Shown: piece by piece, positions 36,001-55,749 of the stretch
How positions within the stretch are numbered: the first letter of the stretch is position 1
Layout: every line of letters begins with the position of its first letter
Assembly: GCA_036172245.1 (NCBI GenBank)
Contig: JAYWIR010000030.1
Span: 992,001 to 1,056,000 of the forward strand
Length of the DNA: 64,000 nt
Source: Raillietiella orientalis
Lineage: Eukaryota
Reading direction: 5' to 3'
Made by a program: the position numbers and the translations under genes
The notes under the pieces: model-generated
The model's input: the letters and a program-made list of their open reading frames with translations, nothing else
Told to the model about the DNA's origin: nothing
The model's database searches: none

Positions 36001-39000
36001 CAGGCAGTGTACCACAAGATGCACATACTTGCTACTCAGGGCTTCAGATGCTTTCTTTTTTCTTCCTTTCATTTGGGCATTTTCATTTTAATTTTGGCTG
36101 CCGTGAACCTTGCTTTTCCAGTCACCATAGTAGACCATAATACGGGCTCGTATAAATTGGGTTTCTTCATTTATAGCGATGTGGGACGGAGACCACTGAA
36201 CAGTGGTCACTAGTCCCATTTCCCCTGGCTATGCAGGTATGTAAAAACAGCCAGTGGTGCGCTAATGATGTGGAGTTACTATGCCATCATCAAAGAAACC
36301 ACATCAAACAAGGGAAATCAAAACAGATTTGTCTTTATCTCAGACACCAAGTGAGGATTTTTGGACTCCCTCATCTTGTGATTATGCCTGTTCCATACTT
36401 CAGAAAACTTATCAGTGACTCCCATTCTGCAGAAGCCCGACGTTTTCACTTGTCTGGCAGGGCAGCAATGGTAGCTCGATCTTTCTCACCGTGAATTACT
36501 TACTTTCTGAACTCTATACTGCCAAACGTTACAGTCGCAGCTCTGTTTACACACAGCACAGACTTTCATGAGAAGCACTTACAGAAACGTTACGGACAAA
36601 ATCGAGTACCTACTTCTGTACATCCTCTATTCCAAAAACTATTTTTGAGACTTTACTAATGAGCTTACTGGTGGCATTTCGTGAGCACAAGAAAATTTCC
36701 AAGGCACTTTACTGAAAGTTTCGGTTCGAATACAATCAGTTTCTCTTGTACATTTTGCTCTTTTTCTTTATTGTTCATCCTAATGAACATGAGTCTAAGC
36801 TACTTTCATGACAAAGCTGCAACCAGCATGAGAAACCAAAACTATTAGTTTGCTATCATGGAACCTTATTGCCTACTACTTAAGCCCTTCAGTAGACCTT
36901 GTTGCTTATCTTAGACCTGGCATTCGGCAGCCTGTGGCAAACTGCTATTTTTCATATCCATCCTGTTTCATATGCAACTGGAATATGCTTCTTGGTATTT
37001 GAGATTTTTGGCATTCTTCTGTGCTTTTCCAGCGTTGTGGCTTGACCATATGGATCCCTGATTCGGTCTTTTGAGGAGAAAAAAAACGATTCAATGTGGA
37101 AAAGTAAGTACAGATTCCTACGCAGATATTTTTTTCGGAACCACTTTCACTCCATTGATTCATTCACACGTATTCACTTTCTTATTCAGATGATTCATTC
37201 TACGAATCCCATCTTTATCGCATCATATGTAATACCTAGTTACATTGTTGCATTTGAGATGCAACATTCTAGAGGCTGAGATAGATTATGGGTTGTGCGA
37301 TTTTGCTTTTCAAGGTCATCCCACTTCAAACCCAACCCACGACATTTTTTGGTGTTTTATCGCTTGGTGTAAGAGCGTGTCAAGAGGATAGGAGCACTGT
37401 GAATCATGCTGAAGAATAGCTTCAGAAAGGGGAGAAGACTCACTGTCTCAGACCAAGAACTTTTAATTGTGGAAGTAACTCTATTCCTGTTTAATTGCTA
37501 GAGCACGATGAATTGTGAAATTATGGGATTGCTTTTACTGTCAACTTGTGAAGCACTAGGCATCATATGTAAAAAAAAAGCATTAGACAATCAATGCACA
37601 TTCATCAAATCTGGGAATTCTGGACACCGTTTGCTAAGTAGAAAGAAACGAATGTTTTTCTAGAAAAACGAAAAGTCATCCCTTTAGTTATTAAGTCACG
37701 AATTTGAGGAGGGTTTTATTCGGATCAATGAGAGATTCAAAGTTCAAACCAATTTGGTGCACGGAACCATGGAGATAAGATTATAACTAAATTATGAAAC
37801 TTTTTATAAAGCTGTTCTAGTGAAACTAAATGCTGATGAGTGGCTTGAGTATGGGACAGGGGAGAGGTCGAGAAAGCTCCAAAATTAGTTTACTTTGCCT
37901 TATCCAGCTGAGGAACATTTCTTTCAAGCCTTCCCTTGGAAGTCTTACTGAAAATACAGTATTGCCTTACTACTGCTAAACTTTCTAATTTGAACTTATT
38001 ATCTGTTATCGGACTTATTTATATGTTAATTATGTTTCAAGTTGGGATCATAAGTTTCTGATTTGAATTGTCCTTTGATGATCAGTGATCTTTTTAATGA
38101 TCACTGATTATCCTCTTTCAACTCTGTAAACAAATATTATCTATCAGATAGGATTATTTTAGAATTTCGGTTACATTCAAACCCAATAAAATTCAGTTAT
38201 GAGGAGTACATTAATTTTGCTTGTTACAACCACGGCAAGTGTATGTTTAGTGCTTACATGAAAAGTTATTTTTATTTACTGCAATCAGGAGTGTTTGAGT
38301 TTAATGAGTCACTTTTGAAGTTTTATTTTGCAGATTTATGTTCTAATTATATAGTTCTTCTTTCGATCACCCATACTCTTTCAGAGTACTACCGATAATC
38401 TGACGATGTGATGTCACACCCGTTCATTTTCTATTGAGCTTTCGAGTTCTAAAAATCTTTCAAAGTTGAACGTCTGGATACTGCTTTCAGTACTGTTTCC
38501 AGTGAGCTGTGTAAAATTCTGATGGTCTTTAGAATTTTTTCTTGATGCAATATGAACTGAGCATTGTTTCAGACCTTGCAGTCTACATTTAAGACCTTCC
38601 CTGAATTATCGTTCTCTGTATAAGTTAAACAGAATACGTGAATTGAAATTCGATCTTATGGCTTGTGTTTCTGTCTTCTTCATCTCTTTCTTTCCTTACT
38701 TTTATAGTGCAATGTGTCTTATGATGGGGGAATGATGCTATGAATGCTATATTGAGAATTAATACTATGCTTTACCAATCGATTTTGATCAGTTGGATTA
38801 AATCTGCTATATTAGAATGTCGATGGGAAATTCGATGGAGTATGAACACATTGATTTATGTATGATGATACATACTCATATATTAGATATAAGAGAGAAC
38901 ATTGGCATCACGCTGCGGAACTTGATTTCAGTGAAAATAGTGAACTTTTGTAATTCTCAATGCAAATGTTCAGCTGCCCCGATTAATACCGTTCGTATTT

Positions 39001-40485
39001 ATGTACTAGCAGTTTCTAAATTCAAATTTGCTTTGATTATTATGCAAACTGTGCTTTCAAACTGCAAAATCAGACCTAGGTTGATCGAGATAATCTTTTA
39101 CTCGTATGTACATTCACTACTTCCGGCAAGGAAATCAAGATGCTCAATAGCGTGAGGTCGTCTGTTCCCTCAATGTCCACCGTGAATGCTACCAATTCGA
39201 TACCCATTCTTAACCTGCATCTCTTTTTTAAAAATGTTGCTGCAGTTTTGAATAAAAAATACGTTCCGATCTAATGTTTCGTATCTCTCTGCTTCATGGT
39301 GCGTGATGTTGACAAATGACACCATCTAATTTAAATGGCGTTATCTTTTTTTTTCAAAAAGAAAAAAAAAAACCAAAGCAATGGAAAAACGCGCCCCAAA
39401 GTGTGCCATGAAAGCACGTTGTTTTGCCTTTTTTTTGCCTTTTTTGTTTTGTGCCTTTTTTGTTTTTTTTACCAAAGCTGTAACACGCAGTGCTCTCAAG
39501 TTTGTGTGAAAGTCCAAGGTAATTCATTTTTGCAATGTCCAGTTATAACGAATGTATACAATCAAACTGCGTGTATAGAAACCTCCCTCACGTTTCACTC
39601 ACTTGCATAATCATGGCCTACATACTAATAGTTATTACATGGATCCGAGTAGTATTTGAGACATCTGTTTGTGACCTCAATGTAAGCATAACGACTTGCA
39701 TAACGATGGGCAGGATCAGGAGCCATGCTACTTATTCTGCAACTGTGAAAGCAAGACAGCTATAGTATGATAAAAATGATCCCTACTATTTGATAATTGC
39801 ATAGCAATATTACACTTTTAAGGGTAACGTATTTGCCTGTAATTACGAATTCTTATTATGAATGCAACAGTATGGAACTATCGGGTTCCTACCGAATAGG
39901 CTTTTTTACACCATGTGCAAAAATGAACTTTTACTGTTGTAGATTCACTGCAAGGTACAAAGTATGTACTTAGGTTGTACGGTTTCCGAAGATGTGCACG
40001 TAGCATTTAGCTTTCAAGAGTTTGTTTGCCCTCGGTTTAATTCCATCATATGATTGCAGTGGAATGTTATATAATCGAATTTTGAAGCATGTGACAAAAT
40101 TCTTATGTCGGAATCTGAAATGACATCATGCTAGTTTATGAAACTTCCACGTAGCAGGCAAGTTTCAAAGCGTATTCGGATGTGTGTGCAATATTCGGAA
40201 TTAAACTGTCTGAGTACACAAAATTTTTGAAAAGTTTTCGTATTTTTTTTTGTATGATTGGATCTGCAAGGCAAAAGTTTGTTACCTGACAATTTAAATA
40301 TATCCAAATTAATGGACATACATATAAGTAAACTGAATTCAAATTGAAATATTTAAGGTTTAGATTACAGAGTTATGTAATATTCAATTTCAAATTTATG
40401 GAAGAATACTTGAATATCCTTAAACTGACATAGAAATAACATTTATTTTGTGAAAACTTTAAATCAAGTACTTTTCTCTGAGGAT

Positions 40486-41320
40486 ATGGATAACAAATTG
40501 TTTGTAAGATCCACCATTTACACTGTATACAATATTCATGACTCTTATTTACCCAGGAACCCTCACTGTATATGATTAAAGGCATAGCCATATTAGATAA
40601 TGATGGTAATCGGCTTGTAGCACATTATTATGATCCCAACATCTTGCCAACTTATAAAGAGCAGCGTCAGTTTGAACGAAATCTTTTCAATAAGACTCAT
40701 CGAACAAATACTGAAGTGATTCTGTTGAATGGACTTTTGTGTATTTACAATAGCAATGTTGACCTCTTTTTCTATGTAATGGGAAGCAGCCAGGAAAATG
40801 AGGTATTGTAAATTAACCCAGCTTCAATTTTAGTATCCAGTAATGTGGATTCTCATAGCTGATTTTACTGAGCATATTAAATTGCCTATATGAGTCTGTC
40901 AGCCAGATACTTAGGAAAAATGTAGAAAAAAGAATTCTTTTAGAACATTTGGATGCAATTTTACTAGCTGTAGATGAAATTTGTGACAGAGGGTAAGACA
41001 CAGCATTGCAATGCCTTTATTTGGAAATTTCAGAGTTATTCTTGAAGTTGATCCAAACTGTGTTGTTCAGAGAGTAGCCATCAAAATGGAGGATCTTTCT
41101 TTGGGGGAACAAACTATGGCACAGGTAGTTACTATTTTTGTTAATGTTCCTTTCTTATTTTTCATTTAGCATGGCTAATAGAAATAGCTTTTCTTACTTT
41201 ATTGTAAGCAATAATTACAACTGTTGTAGCATGTTCATAAGTTTAATCAAACTAATTATCATATATTTTCAGGTTATTCAAAGTGCTAAGGAACAGCTCA
41301 AGTGGTCTCTACTGAAGTGA
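40486..41320 (+). CDS. COPZ1: Coatomer subunit zeta
   Basis: Exons 40486-40503 (MDNKLF), 40557-40802, 40859-40992, 41034-41124, 41273-41320. [63 protein letters not shown]. Confidence 0.95.
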
Positions 41321-41326
41321 TTCGCA

Positions 41327-42045
41327 TTACTTTGAAAAATACTTTCTTGTTCCATATTTGGATTCAAATCGGGGGTAATCACTAGGCAAACTTGCTGGAG
41401 TATCAAGATATTCATCTACAATTCCCATTGGCTTTTCTCTTTGTGTTTTATGAATTCTTACAGCAGCAAAGTAACCAAAGGGGGGTCTCTCCAAATTTAA
41501 ATTTTTCAGCATACAATGATCCACCAAAGACTGTGTCTGACGGCATCTACAAGAAATGCTTTTGATCTCAGTCTTTGTCTAACCTTTGATATAAATAAGA
41601 TCTGCTTGAGGTTTCTAGACATTCAGCATAATTAGCCACTTCTGTTGCACACGATTTTTTGACCATTCGAAGGAATTCCAAGGCACACTTTGTAACTAGT
41701 CTGCCCTCAGATAAACAACTTCGGGGATCAGCAGTTTCTTTTCTGCATAACATGAATTCCTAATGCAGAATAGCTGTTTCACATTTATTGTATTCTGGTT
41801 GATTTCATCAGTGCTTACACCTGTAATTTAAGCTCTAACTTTTACATACAGACATTAACTGAACATAAAGTGGTTTCAAAATGCACAATGCAATTTGCTA
41901 AACAATACAAACTTACATTGAAAATTGGCTCACAATATTTGCCAAGGTGAAATGCAGTTGCCAGCAAAGTTGGACATCCAACTGGCACTTCCTCAACGTT
42001 TAGCTCCTCATCTGATGGAAACGTAAAATCTTTATCTATACTCAT
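41327..42045 (-). CDS. NDUFA8: NADH dehydrogenase (ubiquinone) 1 alpha subcomplex subunit 8
   Basis: Exons 42045-41917, 41759-41584, 41546-41327. PSDEELNVEEV, AFHLGKYC..EFMLCR.E..DPR.CL.EG..VT.C, repeated CX9C, LERPPFGYF, KYGTRKYF. Confidence 0.94.
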
Positions 42046-44888
42046 ACTTCCTGGATATGTCAGCTATTACCCCTAGAAAAACAAATGACAGTACTCACTC
42101 AAGTTAAGACTGTTATTTCAATTTTGCCTCAAGAAACTTTCAAGCTATCAAGTATTCAGCAACAAACATTACATATTAATGAAATCAACTGAAAGATCTT
42201 CGAATCAAGACACCTTTTGATGCCCCTGAGTGGTTTTGAACCATAACGATGATGAACATAAAGCAACAACGAACACGTGACTAAGATCGGCTATGACAGT
42301 TACATACACAAAACAATGGTCAAATTACCATTTTCCTTATTTCTAAGTTTAGTGTGAAATCGTAGACTCGAACATTCACTTGATAATAGGCTCCACACTT
42401 TTCACAACTATTGCATGCGATGGGTAGACCGATTTACTTCTGTCGACGACCAAGGGTAGCCAGATGAAAAATGGCTATCCTCGAAATGAAACTCGAGGAA
42501 ATCTCAAGTTCAAGTTTATGGTAAATAAAACTATGGGGTAGTTGAGCGTCATCAATTGTGATGCATTGAATCATTCATAAGAGTAATGAATTATTTAAAG
42601 AAAACAAAACAAAAGAAATTAATTCTTTCCTAAAAGAATTAACCTTTGGTTTCTTTTTTAAAAAAGCATAATTGCATTAGCAAGAAAAACTGTGTATTGC
42701 TCATTTTCTTACGTGCAAACTAATCATTAAACACATACTTTGTTTTTCATTCGAAATTGAATAATTCCGTACTATGCTGTTTTATTTACAGACGTTTTTC
42801 AGCATTCACGGAGCAAAAGTTCACAGGTAAAAACTTGTACGGCATACAGGTGTTTATTCTGCGAAACGAATTCTACGGATTCCACAAAAAACCATAAGGA
42901 AGGAACCAACCTTTGGCCTTTTTATTCTTTAGGGGTTGTTTTTTATTGTATGAAACTAAAAAGTCTCGAGTAGCATTGACTCGAGAATTTTTGAAAATGA
43001 AATTCCAATGGTGTGAAATCTCCGTCTTTGTGGAAAGCATTGGATTAATTTGATCTCAAAATTCAGAATTATCTGTGCATTCATTTCATCACCGTGATGG
43101 AAGGTAGCTTATACATCATGGACGGATGACTCTGGAAGCCGAAAGGGTGTTCAAGGGTGGTGGCAAAATAGAAGTAGCCAAAGATGGAGCTGTATTACGA
43201 GGCACCTAGCGACTGAAACATTGCCTCCAAACTTCTTAGGTGCTGAACTTGAGACTGCTTACCGTTTCGCGAGAGGAAATAGGACTCGAAAATGAGCTTT
43301 CGCTAATTCCTAAGGAATGAATCGACTCTCCAAACGAAGTGCTGAAACAACTGTATAGGGGTAAGGGACTGGAGATCGAGATCCCGAAATTGAAATTTAG
43401 CAATCCTTTTTGAAGCATCGGTTCGATCGCGTGGTCGCCAAAGAAACAGCACCACTACTTTCAATTCAGGAAAAAAAATAAACTTTTCTTGAAAAATCAA
43501 GTTTGGGTATGGACTCTTGAGAAGAATTATGTCTTTTCAGTTGTATTGGTTTAACTGGAAAGAGTCTGATGCAGAAAATGTGACGAATGTTTGCAAACTG
43601 GAAGCAGTCTTGCAATCAGTTCTCCTTTCCAGAAAAGGACCCAGGATTGGGGACTCCATGGATTCCCAATCCTTTTTTTTTTTTTCCCACTGAAGCAAGA
43701 GTTGACAGCATTTATGACGGGAGGACGAGTCGAATACTTTGCAGTTACTTCTGTGAAGTTACTGTTCGATCTTGGAGTCACAAATGAAAGAAAACGAATG
43801 TGCAATTGTCTATCCAAGCCGAAGTCAGAGGCCACAAAGTGGTGAGACAGTGCGTAGGCGTATTGGTTCTTTTGACACTGCAACCCAAATTTACGTCATG
43901 CGTATGGTTACTCCGCGGATAACGTTTACATTTCTATGATCTATTTTATATTAATTACTAAGACAATGAAAAGCATAAAACACGACTCAATTTGCAATTA
44001 CTTTACCAGTACGTGACATTTTTCGCTTTCCCACAGCACTAAACGGACACTTCAGAATTCTCAAGTTTCATTATCGAATTGGTGACGTTGATTAGGTTTC
44101 CTGACAAAGATAGACCCAGCATTTGCTTTTCCCAGCTGACATTTATATCTGGATGGTAACTCAAACCCGAGTTTGCCTAACATTCTTTGTTGCATCGTGA
44201 AAATTTGACAAATTACGAAAAGACTCGAAAGAAATCATCGAAACATCTTCAGAAGACTATGTAGAGTGTAATAGAATACTACTTCCTTTAAGGCAATTCA
44301 ATTACTTGCTCAAATGTTGCATCATGAGAGATATTTCAGAATCAGTAGGCGTTTTCTCCTGATTAAAATTCTTTGAATTTGTATATTTCACGTTCACTGG
44401 GGGTAGCATAACGAATTCGTAATTTTAAAACAAGAAAACACTTTAGAACATATTTTTTGGGCACATTTTTTTCTGGCCATAGATAGGTTTTATATCATTA
44501 GGGGTCAACGAAAATTCGTTCTTTTAGTTCACGTTTTCATATGGAATCCATGCTGAAATAGAGTTACCTGGAAAATAAACATTATCAAAAAGGAAATAAA
44601 GTTCTACACTTGTGGCCCACCTATGGTTTCCACTTGTTATTAAAGATGCTACGTGTACTTACACGTAGCAGGAAGTGCACTAATTGCTGCACCCAAAGGA
44701 ACAAAGATTTCATGAGCCTTTAATAAAGACTAATGCATGAAAACATGTGCTCTGCTTTTGTATTCTTTATTGTGTTTCATCCCGATGTTTCATCTACTAT
44801 TTGTACTTTTCCCAATTGGCATAGACATTCATATACTTATAATAAATAGCTATTTATTAACATCAATTTAAAAACGTGATTTGAAGCC

Positions 44889-51997
<7,109 letters not shown>

Positions 51998-54199
51998 TCT
52001 GATTCTATCACTGGATTTGAGGGCAGAATAAACGATTTTCGTATGCTAAAGTTGCTGTGACATAAGTGTGAACTAATCATTACCACTTAGCATCCGAACT
52101 GTCTCTTGGTATGCAATCTTGAGCTGAACCTACACTGAGTAATCTACATCATGGTAAGGGTTTTACCACTTTTAAACCGAACAGGGATTGCTGTACAAAC
52201 TGCCAGAATATTGTAACTCGAATGAGACTTAAACTATTCCTTGTACTCGATAACTCGTTTACATCGCTAGTAATCATCTGATTCTCTAAACAATTTTATT
52301 TCTAAATCTTAAATATTCCAGAATCAAATTACGATTGGAGTTTCTGAATCCCTACTCTTTTACACACATTCTTGCTGCTTGCAGCAGAACTCCTACATTC
52401 AAAAATATAATTTAAATTTTATTTGAGAGAAACAGATATTTTTTCCAGTTCGTCCAGGGTTGCTTCGATCACAACTTTATAGCATCTTAGCTTTTACTCG
52501 TGATTTACGCCATACATTTGAAGTTTTACTATTACCAGCTATAGCATAAGTCGAACTGCTCATATAATTAATTAATTACTCACTGCACACTAATACTAAG
52601 AGGGAGTTGGGAGGCACTGGAAAATTATAGTTAGCAGCTTGTATTCATTCTATACGGTATGCATAGCATTGCATCTGGACATTGATTCTACATACACAAC
52701 ACTGCAGAAACATAATCATTAACAGTGCCTATTTGAGGGATCTTAAATTTACCAACAGGTTCGTAATAGTAAAGACATTGGACATCAGTAGCAATTTCAA
52801 ATCAGAATAATGCATACACACTTTGAAAATCCGAGGAATAAATACATCCAAGATTTTCAGTATTTTCATTTCATTTCATTACATTTCTCATTTTTAGAAT
52901 GCTACGTTACATAATATGTATTCATATTCATGGCACACATGAAGTCTTCACACATTATGAAAATAAATGTATAAACGTTATATGATTTTTACTCTTTTGT
53001 TCCGGAGTATATTCAATATTTGTTCGTATCCATTGAGTGCAATTAATTTTCTCTTGTGGCGCCATTTTATTTCGGAAAAAAAATATAAATACTTATTTCG
53101 GGAATCGACATATCTTACAAGGTCTACGTGTATCTCATGTTGTTTTCTATGATTTAGTATTTCATTTTTTCCCGATGTCTTCGGGTAATTGGTTATAAGA
53201 ACGCATATATCGCACCAAGGTCCATTCCTGGGTTACTCCCAAGAATGTTTGCCCAAATTAAAAATTAAGATGCTAAGCTTTTGCAGAAATTATTCTAGCC
53301 TTTCTTGTTGAAAATCCTTGTGCAGTTATTTCAACATTAAGACTACACTTTATTTCGTCCTCAGAAGCTAAATAGAGTCATGTCTATCTCCCTCTAATCA
53401 TTGTACGTTCAAAATGACTTTCCTTTATTTGTTTTGTCTCTTCCTAAGATACGATCTAATTAGGCAGTGCCTGGCATGCTTACTGCTAAGTGACGTGAGT
53501 GTTTATGAGATTTCATGTTTATGGGGCTATCCCAAAAGATTTCAACGCACTTCCGTTATGTACTTTTTATGCATGAAATTCACAATGTTTAAATCTGAAG
53601 TGGAAATTGGAAATCCTCAGATTATTTGTTTCATGGAATTGCTTTCACGTGTCACATTCCATATGGAATATACGAAAAACCTAAACAACTAATTAATATT
53701 ATATTAAAGGACAGAAAACTAAGTTGATCGGTGAGAATGGCAAGTCATCTGTGCCAAACAGAAAACGCAAAGTGTGCAGAAATAAACATTCACTTATTCA
53801 TCAGATAAAAATCATCTATGATTTTGGAAGCCTGCATTCAGTGATATATACATCATTCAACGACGATATCTGATATCAGATGTTTACTTTCAGTACATGT
53901 AACTGATTCCTTTATCTGTAAAACGAATTTAGATCGTGATACTCCCAAAGAGACAATCAAACTGGGTGAAAACACATCCTGATTAAATTTGTAAACGGCA
54001 GTAAGTCGAACAAAACTCCTTGAGCTGAAGAGACCTATTGTCACTCTTTTATCTCTAAATCATTCTTTTATAACCAGTGCTGAAATGAGACTACATGAAA
54101 TTAAACCTGTTAGAATAGCATGTTTCCAAATCCCCTTACTCAAGTTTGCCGACCTCTTACTATGATTTGCGTTTTGATGAACACATAATATGCATCATG

Positions 54200-54750
54200 T
54201 GCTTCAGCTGCTTATCAAATCAAGACAGTTTGCACAATGGTGCTTGTGGTCCCTTTCCGAAACAGGTACAACTCTTCGAATGGGAGTCTTAGCTGTTCCT
54301 TCTGTCATGTTCCTTTGCTCTTGGATTCGGTTTTACCTCCATCTCTTAGCCGACATAGACTTTTCTTTCGACAGTTATGAGATAAACTATTGCTCCGCTT
54401 TCCTATCTTGTGCATCGGCCGTTTCGACGCATACTGTTTCGTGTTCTTGTCGAAATCCTCACCTTAAGCACCTCTCTTCTTGGTACCATTTATGCAGAGA
54501 TTCGTCACTTCAGGTGCTCGCTTCCTGGACTTATTTCCCAAACGGGAACCTGAGTTTGCTAAAGATCTTTAAGAAACTCCTGTTGGGTCTCCTTGTGAGA
54601 TGGTTTTGGAGAGAGCGCAGTCGAGCTCAAACTGATTGGTGGCAGTTCTTCTTGCTTGCTTCTTGGAACGTGTGTGAAGAAGAGAAACATTCAGAAACAC
54701 ATGCGTTGAGTTTCTCTGCCAACACAGCGGCAGTCTTCTTGTGATAAAAA
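54200..54750 (-). mobile_element. Decayed R4/Dong-like C-terminal fragment
   Basis: 'CLR*GFRQEHETVCVETADAQDR' (cf. WLxxGxLxxETExxxxAAQDQ), followed by 'PVSERDHKHHCANCLDL' (CCHC remnant). Confidence 0.45.
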
Positions 54751-55749
54751 GTCGCCGAAATTCTGACCAAAAAAAGGAAACCAAAAAAAAAAAAAAAAAA
54801 CTCTTCCTAAGAATAATAGAATCTCTAGTCGATTCTTTCTGTCAATCAACGAGAAGAAAATGATGCCCGATTTTTCATTCTTAATCCATCCTTTCTATGC
54901 ATTTGCTCAGCTCTGGGATTAGATGCCATTTATACTGCCCCATTTCTATTATACCGGGTGATGTGTGTCATGCTTCGGAGATATTCCGATGAGAAACTAT
55001 TGATAAGTTTGGGATATTCTAATAAAGGTGGTATTTGTACAAGGTTTCAGTAAATTAGGATTATAGATTTCGAGTGAACTTAAAAGGCAAGCATTAATCA
55101 AAATCCTGTCTTTAAAACTGCTCTTCTGCTATGCATTCAGATCTTCACCTGGGTTGGTATTCTTTTCTCTCCGATGTTCTTCTGCTCTAGGATGCAAGCC
55201 AGTATTATTTATCCAGCATGAGGAGCACTGGAAGTGTGCATAATTGGAAAGCCTAGCCATGCAAATTCCGGTTGAAACCGCGAAATGTCAAGGTCAAATA
55301 CCGATTTTCATGTGTAAGATTCTAGGGAGAGACCAAGGTATTCGCCTGCGGTCGCAGGCGAACCTTCCTGAACTTTCATTTTCGTTTTGGGAAAGAGAAT
55401 CGTATCCATAGCAGAAGCTACGTCAGGAATCGGAACATGAAGCAGGTTAGGATTTGTCGATCATCTCAATGCCTTGCGGGATCACCCAGGATCCATTGTA
55501 TGAATGGTGCCCCATCGGAAATCGTGAAATTCATCTCATCCTCAACCATCATTCGAGTCTAGAAAACATGAGTCTGAAAATTCAGAAGAAAAGTCAGATG
55601 ATTTGCGGTGCCATCACTTGCATCTCACAGATGATTTGAAACAAGAGTTGTGAACTATTACACTTGCCACTCTCCCAGTTCCATCCATCCAAATCAACTG
55701 CACCTAAACAACAACAACAACAACAAAACGAATGGCAGCACCCGATGCA

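Noticed and set aside
36500..40000. Possible additional gene or element in AT-rich intergenic DNA
   Set aside because: No ORF or motif series that I can support.
42800..44400. Possible further retroelement remnant between NDUFA8 and USP8
   Set aside because: Only isolated weak motif resemblances with no colinear series.
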